In this document: piece by piece, positions 27,467-37,452 of the stretch
Layout of the letters: every line of letters begins with the position of its first letter
Position numbering within the stretch: position 1 is the stretch's first letter
DNA from: an uncultured Rhodobacterales bacterium
GTDB lineage: Bacteria; Pseudomonadota; Alphaproteobacteria; Rhodobacterales; Rhodobacteraceae
Assembly: GCA_903873585.1 (NCBI GenBank)
Contig: CAIQOV010000007.1
Span: 1,779 to 65,778, forward strand
Reading direction: 5' to 3'
Length of the DNA: 64,000 nucleotides
Notes under the pieces: model-generated
The model's database searches: none
What the model saw: only the letters and a program-made list of their open reading frames with translations
What the model was told of the DNA's origin: nothing
Made by a program: the position numbers and the translations under genes

Positions 27467-29119
27467 ATGGCACAAGACATCGCGCGCGAAGAGATGGAGT
27501 ATGACGTGGTCATCGTGGGGGCCGGTCCCTCTGGCCTGTCGGCGGCGATCCGGTTGAAGCAACTGGATGCCAACCTGTCGGTTGTGGTGCTTGAAAAAGG
27601 GTCCGAAGTGGGGGCACATATCCTGTCGGGCGCAGTGCTGGACCCGTCGGGCCTTGATGCTTTGCTGCCCGATTGGCGCACCATGGGCGCGCCGATCAAG
27701 ACCGAAGTGACAGAGGATAACTTCTACATCCTTGGGCCAGCCGGTCAAATGCGCATCCCGAACTGGCCCATGCCGCCCTTGATGAACAACCACGGCAATT
27801 ACATCGTCTCGATGGCCAATGTCTGCCGCTGGCTGGCGCAACAGGCCGAAGCCTTGGGGGTCGAGATTTTCCCCGGCATGTCGTGTTCTGAACTGGTGTA
27901 CGGTGCAAGCGGCGAAGTGCGCGGCGTGGTGGCGGGCGAGTTTGGCAAGAACGCCGATGGCACCCCGGGATCGTCCTATGAACCGGGAATGGTGCTGGCG
28001 GGCAAGTATGTCTTCCTGTCAGAAGGCGTGCGCGGCAGCTTGGCCAAGGAAGTTATCGCCAAATACGATCTTTCCGCTGGCAAATCGCCGCAGAAGTTTG
28101 GCCTTGGCATGAAAGAGATCTGGCAGATTGACCCCGCCAAGCACCACGAAGGCCGTGTGACCCACACGATGGGTTGGCCCTTGGGGTCGAATGCGGGCGG
28201 TGGGTCGTTTATCTACCACCTTGAAAACAATCAGGTCTATGTGGGCTTCGTGGTGCACCTGAACTACGAAAACCCGCATCTTTATCCGTACATGGAATTC
28301 CAGCGCTTCAAGCATCACCCGATGGTGGCTGACTTGCTAAAGGGCGGCAAACGGGTGGCTTACGGCGCGCGCGCGATTTCCGAAGGCGGTTGGCAGTCGA
28401 TCCCCAAGATGGTTGCCCCCGGTGTCGCGCTATTGGGTTGCACCGCAGGCTTGGTCAACGTGCCGCGCATCAAGGGCAACCACAACGCCATGCTGTCGGG
28501 CAAAGCGGCGGCAGAGGCGGCCTTTGCCGCGATCAGCGCGGGTCGCAGGGGCGATGAGCTTTCCGCCTACGAGGCCGATGTGCGCGGTGGGGCCATTGGG
28601 CGCGATCTGAAAAAGGTGCGCAATGTCAAACCCTTGTGGTCGAACTATGGGCTTGTTGCCTCACTTATGGGGGGCGGTTTGGATATGTGGCTGAACACCT
28701 TTGGCCTGACCGCCTTTGGCACGCTAAAGCACCGCAAGACCGATGCTGCCGCCACGGGCCTTGCGACCAAGTTCAAGCCGATCGACTACCCCAAGCCTGA
28801 CGGCGTGCTGTCATTCGACCGGCTGACCAACATTTCCTTTTCCGCCACCAACCACGATCCTGACCAACCCGCCCACCTAAAGCTGCGCGATGCGTCGGTG
28901 CCGATTGCGGTGAACCTGCGCGATTATGACGAACCCGCGCAGCGCTATTGTCCGGCAGGGGTGTACGAGGTGGTCAGGGAAGACGGCAAAGACCCGCGCT
29001 TTCAGATCAACTTCCAAAACTGCGTGCATTGCAAAACCTGCGATATCAAAGACCCCAGCCAGAACATCACATGGACCACGCCGCAGGGCGGGGGCGGGCC
29101 GAACTATCCCAACATGTAA
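27467..29119 (+). CDS. Electron transfer flavoprotein-ubiquinone oxidoreductase
   Basis: VGAGPSGLSAA, EKGSEVGAHILSGA, RYCPAGVYE, NCVHCKTCDIKDP, GGGPNYPNM. Confidence 0.96.
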   Translation: MAQDIAREEMEYDVVIVGAGPSGLSAAIRLKQLDANLSVVVLEKGSEVGAHILSGAVLDPSGLDALLPDWRTMGAPIKTEVTEDNFYILGPAGQMRIPNWPMPPLMNNHGNYIVSMANVCRWLAQQAEALGVEIFPGMSCSELVYGASGEVRGVVAGEFGKNADGTPGSSYEPGMVLAGKYVFLSEGVRGSLAKEVIAKYDLSAGKSPQKFGLGMKEIWQIDPAKHHEGRVTHTMGWPLGSNAGGGSFIYHLENNQVYVGFVVHLNYENPHLYPYMEFQRFKHHPMVADLLKGGKRVAYGARAISEGGWQSIPKMVAPGVALLGCTAGLVNVPRIKGNHNAMLSGKAAAEAAFAAISAGRRGDELSAYEADVRGGAIGRDLKKVRNVKPLWSNYGLVASLMGGGLDMWLNTFGLTAFGTLKHRKTDAAATGLATKFKPIDYPKPDGVLSFDRLTNISFSATNHDPDQPAHLKLRDASVPIAVNLRDYDEPAQRYCPAGVYEVVREDGKDPRFQINFQNCVHCKTCDIKDPSQNITWTTPQGGGGPNYPNM

Positions 29120-29230
29120 GGGCGGGTGGCTCACTCAAACGTCATAAAAATGCGGAGCTGTTTCTAACGGCCCCGCATTGCGCATCATGGCGCGGCACCT
29201 TAGCGTGGTTTCATGCCAAAGGAGCCTTGA

Positions 29231-30955
29231 ATGCCGCGTTTGACCCCAAGCTTTGCGCTGATCTGTGTTCTGGCAGCCCTCGCCAGCCCCGCTTTGGCTG
29301 GCACCACCGCCAAAAGCACCAGCGCGGATGCCGTGGGCCTGCCTGATAGCGCGGGGGCGTACCTTGCGGCGCGCGCTGCCGCCGCGCAGAACGACTTTGC
29401 CTTGGCGGCGCAGTGGTACGGCGTGGCCTTGCAAGCCGATCCGACCAACCCCGATCTGTTGCAGGGCGCCTTGGTGGCGGATGTGGCGCTCGGCGATATG
29501 CCGTCTGCGGCCAAGCGGGCCCGCGCGTTGAAAAAGACCGGCGCGGTCAGCCAAGTCGGGCAGATGGTGATCGTCGCTGACGACGTGATCAAGGGCGACT
29601 TCGGCGCGATTTTGCAAGATCAGGCGGGCGGGGCGTCGATTGGCAAGCTGATGGATGCTTTGGTGACAGCTTGGGCGCAAGTGGGCAGCGGCAAGATGTC
29701 ACAGGCTGAAAGCACGTTTGACACCATGATCACCTCGTCAGGGATGGAGCCGTTCGGGGTTTACCACAAGGCGCTGGCGCTGGCGCAGACCGGCGATTTT
29801 GATGGGGCCGAAACGCTGTTCGAGCGGCCAGAATCTGCCGCGATCCACGGGCTGCGGCGCGGCGTTTTGGCGCAGGTGCAGGTTCTGTCGCAGCTTGACC
29901 GGAACGCTGATGCGATCACCCTGATCGACCATGTCTATCGCAGCGCGCCTGATGCGGGCATGGTCGCGATCAAGCACAGGCTGGCGCAGGGCGAAAAGAT
30001 TGCCTTTGACGTTGCGCGCACCCCGCAAGATGGCATGGCCGAGGCGTATTTCACCCTTGCCACCCTGCTGGTGGGCCAAACGAACGACACCTTCACCCTG
30101 CTCAACGCCCGCCTTGCCACAACGCTGCGCCCTGACCATGTCGAGGCACTGCTGATGTCGGCGCGGGTGTTGGACAAGTTGGGCCAATACGATCTGGCGA
30201 GCAGCACCTTTGCGCAGGTGCCCAAAAGCGATCCTGCCTATGTCTCGGCCATCATCGGGCAAGCGGGGTCAGCGCAATCGGCGGGCAAGCTTGACGAGGC
30301 GGTGGCCTTGCTAAAGGTCTTGGCCGCTGAAAACCCCGACAATGCCGGCGTGTTAAGCGCCTACGGCGACAGCCTGCGCCGCCAAGATCACTGCGATGCG
30401 GCGATTGGCGTTTACGCGCAAGCCATCGCCCTGATCCAAACCCCCGTGCCCGCCGACTGGGCGCTGTTTTACCGGCGCGGCGGGTGCTATCTGAACCAAA
30501 GCAATTGGCCCAAGGCCGAGGCGGATTACACCCAAGCCCTGTCTCTTGCCCCCAATGAACCGCGCATTTTGAACGAGCTGGGCTACAGCTATGTTGATCG
30601 CGGCGAGAATTTGCCCCAAGCCCTTGCCATGATCCAGAAAGCCGTCAGCGCAGCACCGGACGAGGGCTATATCATCGACAGTCTGGCATGGGCCTATTTC
30701 CGCCTTGGCCGCTATGACGAAGCGGTCGCCCCGATGGAGAAAGCCTCGCTTTTGATGCCGGTCGATGCTGTGGTGACAGATCACCTTGGCGATGTGTATT
30801 GGATGGTCGGCCGCAAGCGCGAGGCGCAGTTTCAATGGCACCGCGCCTTGACGTTTCACCCCGAAGCCAAGGATGCCGCCCGTATCCAGTTGAAGCTGGA
30901 CAAGGGCTTGGATCAGGTGCTGCAAGACGAAAAGACGCAAGGCAATGGCGGGTAA
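29231..30955 (+). CDS. Exported tetratricopeptide-repeat protein
   Basis: Signal peptide, repeated TPR helices, [30 protein letters not shown]; upstream of ispE. Confidence 0.88.
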   Translation: MPRLTPSFALICVLAALASPALAGTTAKSTSADAVGLPDSAGAYLAARAAAAQNDFALAAQWYGVALQADPTNPDLLQGALVADVALGDMPSAAKRARALKKTGAVSQVGQMVIVADDVIKGDFGAILQDQAGGASIGKLMDALVTAWAQVGSGKMSQAESTFDTMITSSGMEPFGVYHKALALAQTGDFDGAETLFERPESAAIHGLRRGVLAQVQVLSQLDRNADAITLIDHVYRSAPDAGMVAIKHRLAQGEKIAFDVARTPQDGMAEAYFTLATLLVGQTNDTFTLLNARLATTLRPDHVEALLMSARVLDKLGQYDLASSTFAQVPKSDPAYVSAIIGQAGSAQSAGKLDEAVALLKVLAAENPDNAGVLSAYGDSLRRQDHCDAAIGVYAQAIALIQTPVPADWALFYRRGGCYLNQSNWPKAEADYTQALSLAPNEPRILNELGYSYVDRGENLPQALAMIQKAVSAAPDEGYIIDSLAWAYFRLGRYDEAVAPMEKASLLMPVDAVVTDHLGDVYWMVGRKREAQFQWHRALTFHPEAKDAARIQLKLDKGLDQVLQDEKTQGNGG

Positions 30956-31799
30956 GGGGCAGATGCCAAGGGCGGTGCAGCGTGTGGCGCGGGCCAAGGT
31001 GAACCTTGCCCTGCACGTGACAGGCCGGCGCGGCGATGGGTATCACCTGCTGGACAGTCTGGTGGCCTTTACCGATTTTGGCGATGTTATCGGTGTTGAA
31101 CCTGCCCCTTCGCTCAGCTTGGCGATCACTGGGCCTATGGCGGCGGGCCTGTCCGCGGGGCCGGACAACCTTGTTGTAAAGGCCGCACAGGCGCTTGTCA
31201 GCCCGCTTGGGGCGGCGATTACGCTGGATAAGCGGTTGCCGGTCGCGTCGGGCATCGGCGGCGGGTCGGCAGATGCGGCGGCGACTTTGCAAGCGCTGTG
31301 CGCCTTGTGGGGCTGTGATTTGCCAGATGCGGGCAAGGTGCTGGCCTTGGGCGCTGATGTGCCTGTGTGTTTGGCGGGGCAATCGTGCCGAATGGCTGGC
31401 ATTGGCGACGAGATTTCACCCGTTGCCCTGCCTGCGGCCCATCTTGTGCTGGTCAATCTTGGTGTCGGCCTAAGCACCGCTGCGGTTTTTGGTGCTTTAA
31501 CGCGCCGCGACAATCCACCGCTGCCCCCGCCCGAACCCATGCCCGATGCAGCAGCCTTGGCTGAGTATCTGCACCGCTGCCGCAATGACTTGGAAGCGCC
31601 CGCAATGGCACTTGTGCCGCTGATTGCAGAGGTTATCGCCGCTTTGAGCGCACAGGACGGTTGCTTGGTGGCGCGGATGTCAGGGTCGGGGGCGACCTGC
31701 TTTGGCCTTTTTGCCACCGCGACCAAGGCGGAACGCGCCGTAACAGTCCTGCAAGGGCGTTCCCCAGCGTGGTGGATACAAGCGGCGGCGATGGCATAG
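30945..31799 (+). CDS. ispE: 4-(cytidine 5'-diphospho)-2-C-methyl-D-erythritol kinase
   Basis: [48 protein letters not shown]. Confidence 0.96.
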   Translation: MAGKGQMPRAVQRVARAKVNLALHVTGRRGDGYHLLDSLVAFTDFGDVIGVEPAPSLSLAITGPMAAGLSAGPDNLVVKAAQALVSPLGAAITLDKRLPVASGIGGGSADAAATLQALCALWGCDLPDAGKVLALGADVPVCLAGQSCRMAGIGDEISPVALPAAHLVLVNLGVGLSTAAVFGALTRRDNPPLPPPEPMPDAAALAEYLHRCRNDLEAPAMALVPLIAEVIAALSAQDGCLVARMSGSGATCFGLFATATKAERAVTVLQGRSPAWWIQAAAMA

Positions 31800-31804
31800 G
31801 CTCG

Positions 31805-32395
31805 CTAAAGTCGGCGCAGCATGGTGATCGAGCGGGTGAAGCCGAAGATATAGCGCAGCAACCCGATGTCGTGATGGCCAGTTTGAACAAAGCCCTCGCG
31901 GCGGTAAAGCCGTTGCGCGCGGGTGTTGGTGGCGACCACATCCAGCCGCACGGCGGGGTAGCCGCGCGCTTGGCCTTGGTCGTACAGGCCGCTCAACAGC
32001 GCCGTGCCAATGCCTTGGCCGCGCGCTTGGGGTGCGACACAGATGCCGTCGATCAGGAAGTTGTCGTTGTCGACCTCGCTCGACAGCAGGCCCGGCAGGT
32101 GCTTGCGCCAAAACCCGCCCCAAGGCCCGTAAAACTGGCGCAGGGCTGCGGGGTTGCCCATGGCAAAGCTGCCCTTGGGCGTTTTGAAGCCAGCTAGGCC
32201 CAGCAACTGGCCGTCTTTGCTGGTGACGATCAGCACATGATCGGCGCGAATGACACTTTCCAGAAAGGCCAAGGCACGGCGTTCGGGGCCCAGCACCATG
32301 CCCAGTTTTGGGCCAAAGGCCTGCCAGTAAAGCCGCGCTGCATCATGACGCAGGGTCTTTGGCAGGCCAAGCGACAGCGACCAATCGCCCGTCAT
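31805..32395 (-). CDS. GNAT-family N-acetyltransferase
   Basis: IDGICVAPQARGQGIGTALL, NTRAQRLYRREGF; ATGA overlap with the upstream gene. Confidence 0.85.
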   Translation of the reverse strand: MTGDWSLSLGLPKTLRHDAARLYWQAFGPKLGMVLGPERRALAFLESVIRADHVLIVTSKDGQLLGLAGFKTPKGSFAMGNPAALRQFYGPWGGFWRKHLPGLLSSEVDNDNFLIDGICVAPQARGQGIGTALLSGLYDQGQARGYPAVRLDVVATNTRAQRLYRREGFVQTGHHDIGLLRYIFGFTRSITMLRRL

Positions 32396-33252
32396 AGCGC
32401 TGCCAGCAGGGCGGCGGCGGCGGTGGCGCCCAGTATCCAACCCTCTTCATCGCGCACCGCAGCGGGGGCTTCGGCCAACAGCCCCGCCAGATCGCCGCTT
32501 TGCCCCAACCTGTGCAGCGCTTGCGCCAGAAGGCGCACTTGCACCTCATCCTTGATGCTTGCAGGCCCTAGGGCGGCGGTAACGGCAGGGGCTAAGAGCG
32601 AGGGGTAAACTTCCGCCACCGTCACAGCCGAGGGCGCATCAAACGGCCACACGCTGGCCCCGTGCTGCGTGGCCAAGCGGTGGATCATCGGCAGGCCCAT
32701 CAGGCTTTGCCCACCAACCGACCCTGTGGTGAACAGCTTCCACACCGGTTGCGCGCGGGGAACCACCTGTTCCACCTGTCGGCGTTCTGAAAGCCCTAGG
32801 GCGGGGTAATCAACCGTTTTGCGCGGTGACAGATGGGCAAAGCTTTGGCTCTGCGGGTGGCCCCAAAACGGGCCTTGCCCACCGAACTGGCGGTTGATCG
32901 CATCGGCCACGGCGAAGCGGTTGTTGAGATTGGCGGGGCTGTCGGTGATCTGCCCCGCCAGCCAGCGCCACACGGCAAAGGCGCGGGCTTGGCCTGTCAG
33001 GCGGGGGGCAAAGCCTGCGGGGTAGCCTAGGGCAAAGTCGACGCCGATCAGCAGGCTTTCGCCCGCTTGGCGGGTTTGGGCAATCAACGCGACGATGGCC
33101 TGTTCGGCCAGATGGCGGCTGGGGTGGTAGGTTGTGGTCACGCCCGTGCAATCCGCCAGCCCGATCCAGATGGCATCGGCCTTGGGCGTGCGGCGTGGTG
33201 GTGCGCTGGCGGCTGACCAATCAACCACGGCGATGCGGTCAAAGCGGGTCAT
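32392..33252 (-). CDS. DUF429-like (RNase H-like fold) protein in the mobA operon
   Basis: AVVDWSAA, IGVDFALGYP, WKLFTTGSVGGQSLMG, VWPF, AEVYPS, EEGWILG. Confidence 0.55.
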   Translation of the reverse strand: MTRFDRIAVVDWSAASAPPRRTPKADAIWIGLADCTGVTTTYHPSRHLAEQAIVALIAQTRQAGESLLIGVDFALGYPAGFAPRLTGQARAFAVWRWLAGQITDSPANLNNRFAVADAINRQFGGQGPFWGHPQSQSFAHLSPRKTVDYPALGLSERRQVEQVVPRAQPVWKLFTTGSVGGQSLMGLPMIHRLATQHGASVWPFDAPSAVTVAEVYPSLLAPAVTAALGPASIKDEVQVRLLAQALHRLGQSGDLAGLLAEAPAAVRDEEGWILGATAAAALLAAL

Positions 33253-33830
33253 GTGCCTTGGGCCAAGCGCGCGGCCAAGGCCGCAAGGTCTTGCGGGGTG
33301 TTGGCATTGGCAAAGCTGCCTGCGGGAAAGCTGGCCCAAGTGCCGCCCTGCAGTCGGGCAAAGTCGCGCAAGCGCGCCGCCACGCCAGAGGTGAGGAAGC
33401 CTTCCAGCGCAGGCAGGCTAGCGATGGGCCAAAGGCCATAGGTCGGCAGCAGATCGTCACCACTTTGCGCTAGGGCGGGGTGCCCACCTTCGGCGGCAAG
33501 GCACAAGCGCGGCACAAGGTCGGGGGGCACAAACGGGCCATCGCAGGGCACGGTGGCAAGGGCCGTTGCCCCCCGCGCCGCAGCCCAGTGCAAGCCAGCC
33601 AGCACGCCCGACAGGGGGCCTTGCACTTGGCTGTCGGGCAAGACGGGCAGGCCCATAAACGCAAACCGCTGCGGATCGCCGTTGGCCGACAGTGCCAAGT
33701 CTTCCACCTGCGGGCCAAAGCTGTCGGCCACCCACTGCACCAAGGGCCGCCCGCCCAAGGGCATCAGCGCCTTATCTGCGCCCATGCGCCGCCCCGCGCC
33801 GCCTGCCAGTATAATGCCGAAAATGCGCAA
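33249..33830 (-). CDS. mobA: Molybdenum cofactor guanylyltransferase (TTG start)
   Basis: ILAGGAGRRMGADK, QGPLSGVLAGL, VPCDGPF, NANTPQDL. Confidence 0.92.
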   Translation of the reverse strand: MRIFGIILAGGAGRRMGADKALMPLGGRPLVQWVADSFGPQVEDLALSANGDPQRFAFMGLPVLPDSQVQGPLSGVLAGLHWAAARGATALATVPCDGPFVPPDLVPRLCLAAEGGHPALAQSGDDLLPTYGLWPIASLPALEGFLTSGVAARLRDFARLQGGTWASFPAGSFANANTPQDLAALAARLAQGT

Positions 33831-33866
33831 GGCTTGGCCTTTGCTGTTAGCGAAAGAAGCGCCCGA

Positions 33867-34436
33867 TTACTCGGCCGTTGTCCCCTCGATCCGGGTTTCG
33901 ACGACGCCGGGAAGCTTGGCAAACTCGCGCGCGATGGCTTTGGGGAAATAGGCCACGTTCAGGCTTTCAAACCCCGGCAGTTTGGCCAGAACGGTCGACA
34001 CCGAATGGCCACACAAAGCCTTGGGGGTTGCGCCTTGGGCCTTTGCTTCGGCAATGGCTTGGTCGGCTACAGCCAAAGGCACGACGATGGTCTGCTCGGT
34101 CGCATAAAAGACGCCGTTGCTTTGGAAGGCGATGTAATTGTCCAAGGCGGCGGGGAACATGCCGTAGTGCATATCATCCCGCTCGGGGGCAACACCGTCT
34201 TGCAACTCCCACGATCCGGCGGGGTCGTAGAGCACGCGCTCTGATCCGTTGATGACCAAGGCACTATGCGCCCCCGCATCGCTGCGCCCGTTGATCGACG
34301 TGATCAGCGTGATCGTCGCAGGCCCTTGGGCCACATAGGGTGTATAGGCCAAGGGCGATTGGCTGGCCGCTTGGTGTTCGCCAGCACAACCGGCCAGAAC
34401 GACCAATGAGACACAGACACAAAAACGGGTCAGCAT
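33867..34436 (-). CDS. Hypothetical lipoprotein
   Basis: Lipobox LAGC at residues 14-17; AHSAL, YDPAGS, ALCGHSVS. Confidence 0.7.
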   Translation of the reverse strand: MLTRFCVCVSLVVLAGCAGEHQAASQSPLAYTPYVAQGPATITLITSINGRSDAGAHSALVINGSERVLYDPAGSWELQDGVAPERDDMHYGMFPAALDNYIAFQSNGVFYATEQTIVVPLAVADQAIAEAKAQGATPKALCGHSVSTVLAKLPGFESLNVAYFPKAIAREFAKLPGVVETRIEGTTAE

Positions 34437-34491
34437 TGCGACACCTGTGGGCCAAGGAGGATGCCGCGCCGGTCTGGCGCGGCCTTTGGAG

Positions 34492-34626
34492 TCAGGCGTT
34501 TGACAGCGCCATAATGATCAGCACAAGAATGCTGATCACAGCGCCCCAAGTTGCAAACTTGATAAAGGCGGCAAAGGTTTTTTCCTGTGCGCGGATGTCC
34601 ATGCTGCCTTGTTTGTGATCGCTCAT
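34492..34626 (-). CDS. aa3-type cytochrome c oxidase subunit IV (44 aa); not in the ORF track
   Basis: MSDHKQGSMDIRAQEKTFAAFIKFATWGAVISILVLIIMALSNA*. Confidence 0.9.
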   Translation of the reverse strand: MSDHKQGSMDIRAQEKTFAAFIKFATWGAVISILVLIIMALSNA

Positions 34627-34738
34627 CGTGCCCGTCTCCTGAGTGCAAAGTCATCTGATCCGCAGACCTTTGGTTGGCATTACCCGATAAGTGCCGCCCT
34701 GTCACGGGTGCTTGTGGGGTGTGATTGGGTAATCCGCG

Positions 34739-35767
34739 TTAGGCGCGCTGCCATGCCCAAGCGCCGTCAGGTGACAGGTGGCGGGTGATTTTGCCCTGTC
34801 GGTGCAAGCAGTTCAGGTGGGCCAAGGTTTCGGCCAAGGCCAGCCCAAAGTCATCCGGCCCAAGGCTGCGTCGGTATAGGGCGGAAAAGCAATCCACCGC
34901 GCGGGTGGGGGCAGACAGGTGATCTAACAGCCGCGCCAAAGCAGCGTCATGCGAGGCGATCTTTTGCATAAGGCGCAGGGGCAGGCCGGTGAAGGGCAGT
35001 TTATGGCCGGGTAAGATCAGCTGGTCGGGCTGCGCTATCGTTTGAAAGCTGCGGCAACTTGTCAGCCAATCGGTCAAAGGGTCAGCATCGGGTTCGGTGG
35101 CATAGACGCCGATGTTGGGGGTGATGGTGGCCAAGAACTGGTCGCCGCCCAGAACGAGAGCGTCATCAAGGCTCCACAATGTCGCATGGTCAGGCGCGTG
35201 GCCTTGGCCTAGGCGCACCTGCCAGCGGCGGCCAGCAGCTTGCAAAACTGTGCCCTCTTCAAGGCGAGAGAAGCCCAAGGGCAGGGGGTCGACGACATCA
35301 CAAAAGTTGAATGGCCGCTCGGCTGCCTTTTGTGCCAGCGCCTCGCCGCTTAACCCCGCGCGGGTTAGGAACAGGGTTGATTCGGGCGATCTGGTGGCTT
35401 GTTCATCCAGCGTTAACATGCGCGCGTACAGCCACGCCGTGCGGGTCATCAGCAACTCGGCCCCTTGGTCTTGGAACCAACCGGCAAGGCCCACATGGTC
35501 GGGGTGATGGTGGGTGACGATCACGCGCGAGACGGGTTTGCCGCGCAAAGGCCCCGCCAGCGCCGCCTGCCAGATGGCCTTGGTGCGCTTTGACGACAGG
35601 CCCGTATCGACCAGCGTCCAGCTTTGCCCATCGTCCAGCAAATAGGCGTTGACATGGTCAAGCGCACCTGGAAGCGGCAGGCGCAGCCATAAGACGCCTT
35701 GGGCGACTTCGACCGCTTGCCCCTCGGCCGGAGGATCGGGGAAAGGGTAGCGCAAGGCTTGGGTCAC
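34739..35767 (-). CDS. MBL-fold metallo-hydrolase
   Basis: LVDTG, THHHPDHVG (HxHxDH), GHAPDH, LPGH. Confidence 0.9.
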   Translation of the reverse strand: MTQALRYPFPDPPAEGQAVEVAQGVLWLRLPLPGALDHVNAYLLDDGQSWTLVDTGLSSKRTKAIWQAALAGPLRGKPVSRVIVTHHHPDHVGLAGWFQDQGAELLMTRTAWLYARMLTLDEQATRSPESTLFLTRAGLSGEALAQKAAERPFNFCDVVDPLPLGFSRLEEGTVLQAAGRRWQVRLGQGHAPDHATLWSLDDALVLGGDQFLATITPNIGVYATEPDADPLTDWLTSCRSFQTIAQPDQLILPGHKLPFTGLPLRLMQKIASHDAALARLLDHLSAPTRAVDCFSALYRRSLGPDDFGLALAETLAHLNCLHRQGKITRHLSPDGAWAWQRA

Positions 35768-37452
35768 GCGCGCAACATTTCCGCTGACAGGTCAGAAAGC
35801 CCCTGCGCGCCGTGCTGTGCTTCGGCGATCCATGCCGCATGGCGGGGCAGAAGGCGGGTGATGGCAAAGCGCGCAAGGGGCAGGCGTGTGGCATCAGCCT
35901 GTGCCGCTTTCAGGTGAAAACCCGCGCCCAGAACCTGCGCAAAGGCGCGTTGATAGGCCACGGCGGCCCCCGCGCGATCTATCGCGTCTTGCGCCAAAAG
36001 CGTGGCGGTCGCATCGCGCAGGGCCTGCACGGCAGCCAACACGGGCTGGCCAAGGTCGGGCGGTGACAGGGCGGCGGTCTGTGCGACCTCGTCCAGCAGG
36101 GCGAAGGCTGTAGCGCCGTTGTCCACCATCTTGCGGCCGACCAGATCCAGCGCCTGAATGCCGTTGGTGCCTTCGTAAATCTGCGTCACCCGCACATCGC
36201 GGGCGAACTGCGCCGCCCCGCTGTCTTCGATGAACCCCAACCCGCCATGCACCTGAATGCCCAACTGCGCCACATGGTGGCCGGTATCGGTGCCGTAAGC
36301 CTTGGCGATGGGGGTTAGAAAGGCCGCGCGGGCCTGCCATGCGCCGTCATCTGTGGCGCGGGCCATGTCGATGGCCACGGCACAAGCCAGCCCAATCGCG
36401 CGGGCGGCAAAGGTTTCAGCGCGCATCTCGGCCAGCATCCGGCGCACATCGGGGTGGCCGATCACGCCCGGCCCATCCAGCGCCGTGCGGCCCTGCACGC
36501 GTGCTTCGCCGTAGGTCAGGGCTTGTTGCAGGGCCGCTTCTGCCACGCAAACGCCCTGCATCCCCACGCCCAGCCTTGCGTTGTTCATCATGGTGAACAT
36601 CGCGGCCATGCCCTTGTGCGGTTCGCCCACAAGCCAGCCTGTAGCCCCTTCATAGGCCATCACGGCGGTGGGGGAGCCGTGCAGGCCCAGCTTATGTTCT
36701 AACCTGACCACCCGCAGCGCATTCCTCGCGCCAAGGTTGCCCGCCGCATCGGGCAGGAATTTGGGCACCATGAACAGGCTGATCCCCTTGGTGCCAGCCC
36801 CGCCATCAGGCAGGCGGGCCAGCACAAGGTGGCAGGTGTTTTGCGTGAAATCATTATCGGCCCACGAGATGTAAATCTTCTCGCCCGTGATGGCAAAGGT
36901 GTCGTCGCCCAAGGGTTCGGCCTTGGTGCGCAGCGCGCCCACATCCGATCCGGCCTGTGGTTCGGTCAGGTTCATCGTGCCGTTCCACTGGCCCGAGATC
37001 AGCTTGGGAATATACAGGGCCTGCATTTGGGGGCTGGCGTGATGCTCTAGCGCGTCAATTTGGCCTTGGGTCATCAGGGGGCACAGTTGCAGCGACAGAC
37101 AGGCCGATCCCATCATCTCGCCCACGCAGGTCGCCAAGGCCAAGGGCAAGCCCATGCCGCCGTGGTCGGGCGATGCACTGATGCCGATCCACCCGCCGTC
37201 GGCCACCGCGCGAAAGGCTGCGGCAAAGCCCGGAGAGGTGCGCACAACCCCGTCGACCAAGACCGCCGGATGCAAGTCGCCTGCGCGGTTGAGCGGCGCG
37301 AGGGTGGTTTGCGACAACCGCGCGGCTTCGGTCAGGATGGCGTCAACCGTGTCAGGCGTGGCGTGGCCAAAGCGGTCGGTGGCGGCGACTTGGTCAAAGC
37401 CAAGGGTCGCAAGCAACAGGCGGTAGTCTGACAGGGGGGCGGTGTAGGGCAT
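35764..37452 (-). CDS. Acyl-CoA dehydrogenase
   Basis: MPYTAP, MNLTEPQAGSDVG, GEKIYIS, EHKLGLHGSPT, QVHGGLGF, QIYEGTNGIQALDL. Confidence 0.93.
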   Translation of the reverse strand: MPYTAPLSDYRLLLATLGFDQVAATDRFGHATPDTVDAILTEAARLSQTTLAPLNRAGDLHPAVLVDGVVRTSPGFAAAFRAVADGGWIGISASPDHGGMGLPLALATCVGEMMGSACLSLQLCPLMTQGQIDALEHHASPQMQALYIPKLISGQWNGTMNLTEPQAGSDVGALRTKAEPLGDDTFAITGEKIYISWADNDFTQNTCHLVLARLPDGGAGTKGISLFMVPKFLPDAAGNLGARNALRVVRLEHKLGLHGSPTAVMAYEGATGWLVGEPHKGMAAMFTMMNNARLGVGMQGVCVAEAALQQALTYGEARVQGRTALDGPGVIGHPDVRRMLAEMRAETFAARAIGLACAVAIDMARATDDGAWQARAAFLTPIAKAYGTDTGHHVAQLGIQVHGGLGFIEDSGAAQFARDVRVTQIYEGTNGIQALDLVGRKMVDNGATAFALLDEVAQTAALSPPDLGQPVLAAVQALRDATATLLAQDAIDRAGAAVAYQRAFAQVLGAGFHLKAAQADATRLPLARFAITRLLPRHAAWIAEAQHGAQGLSDLSAEMLRA

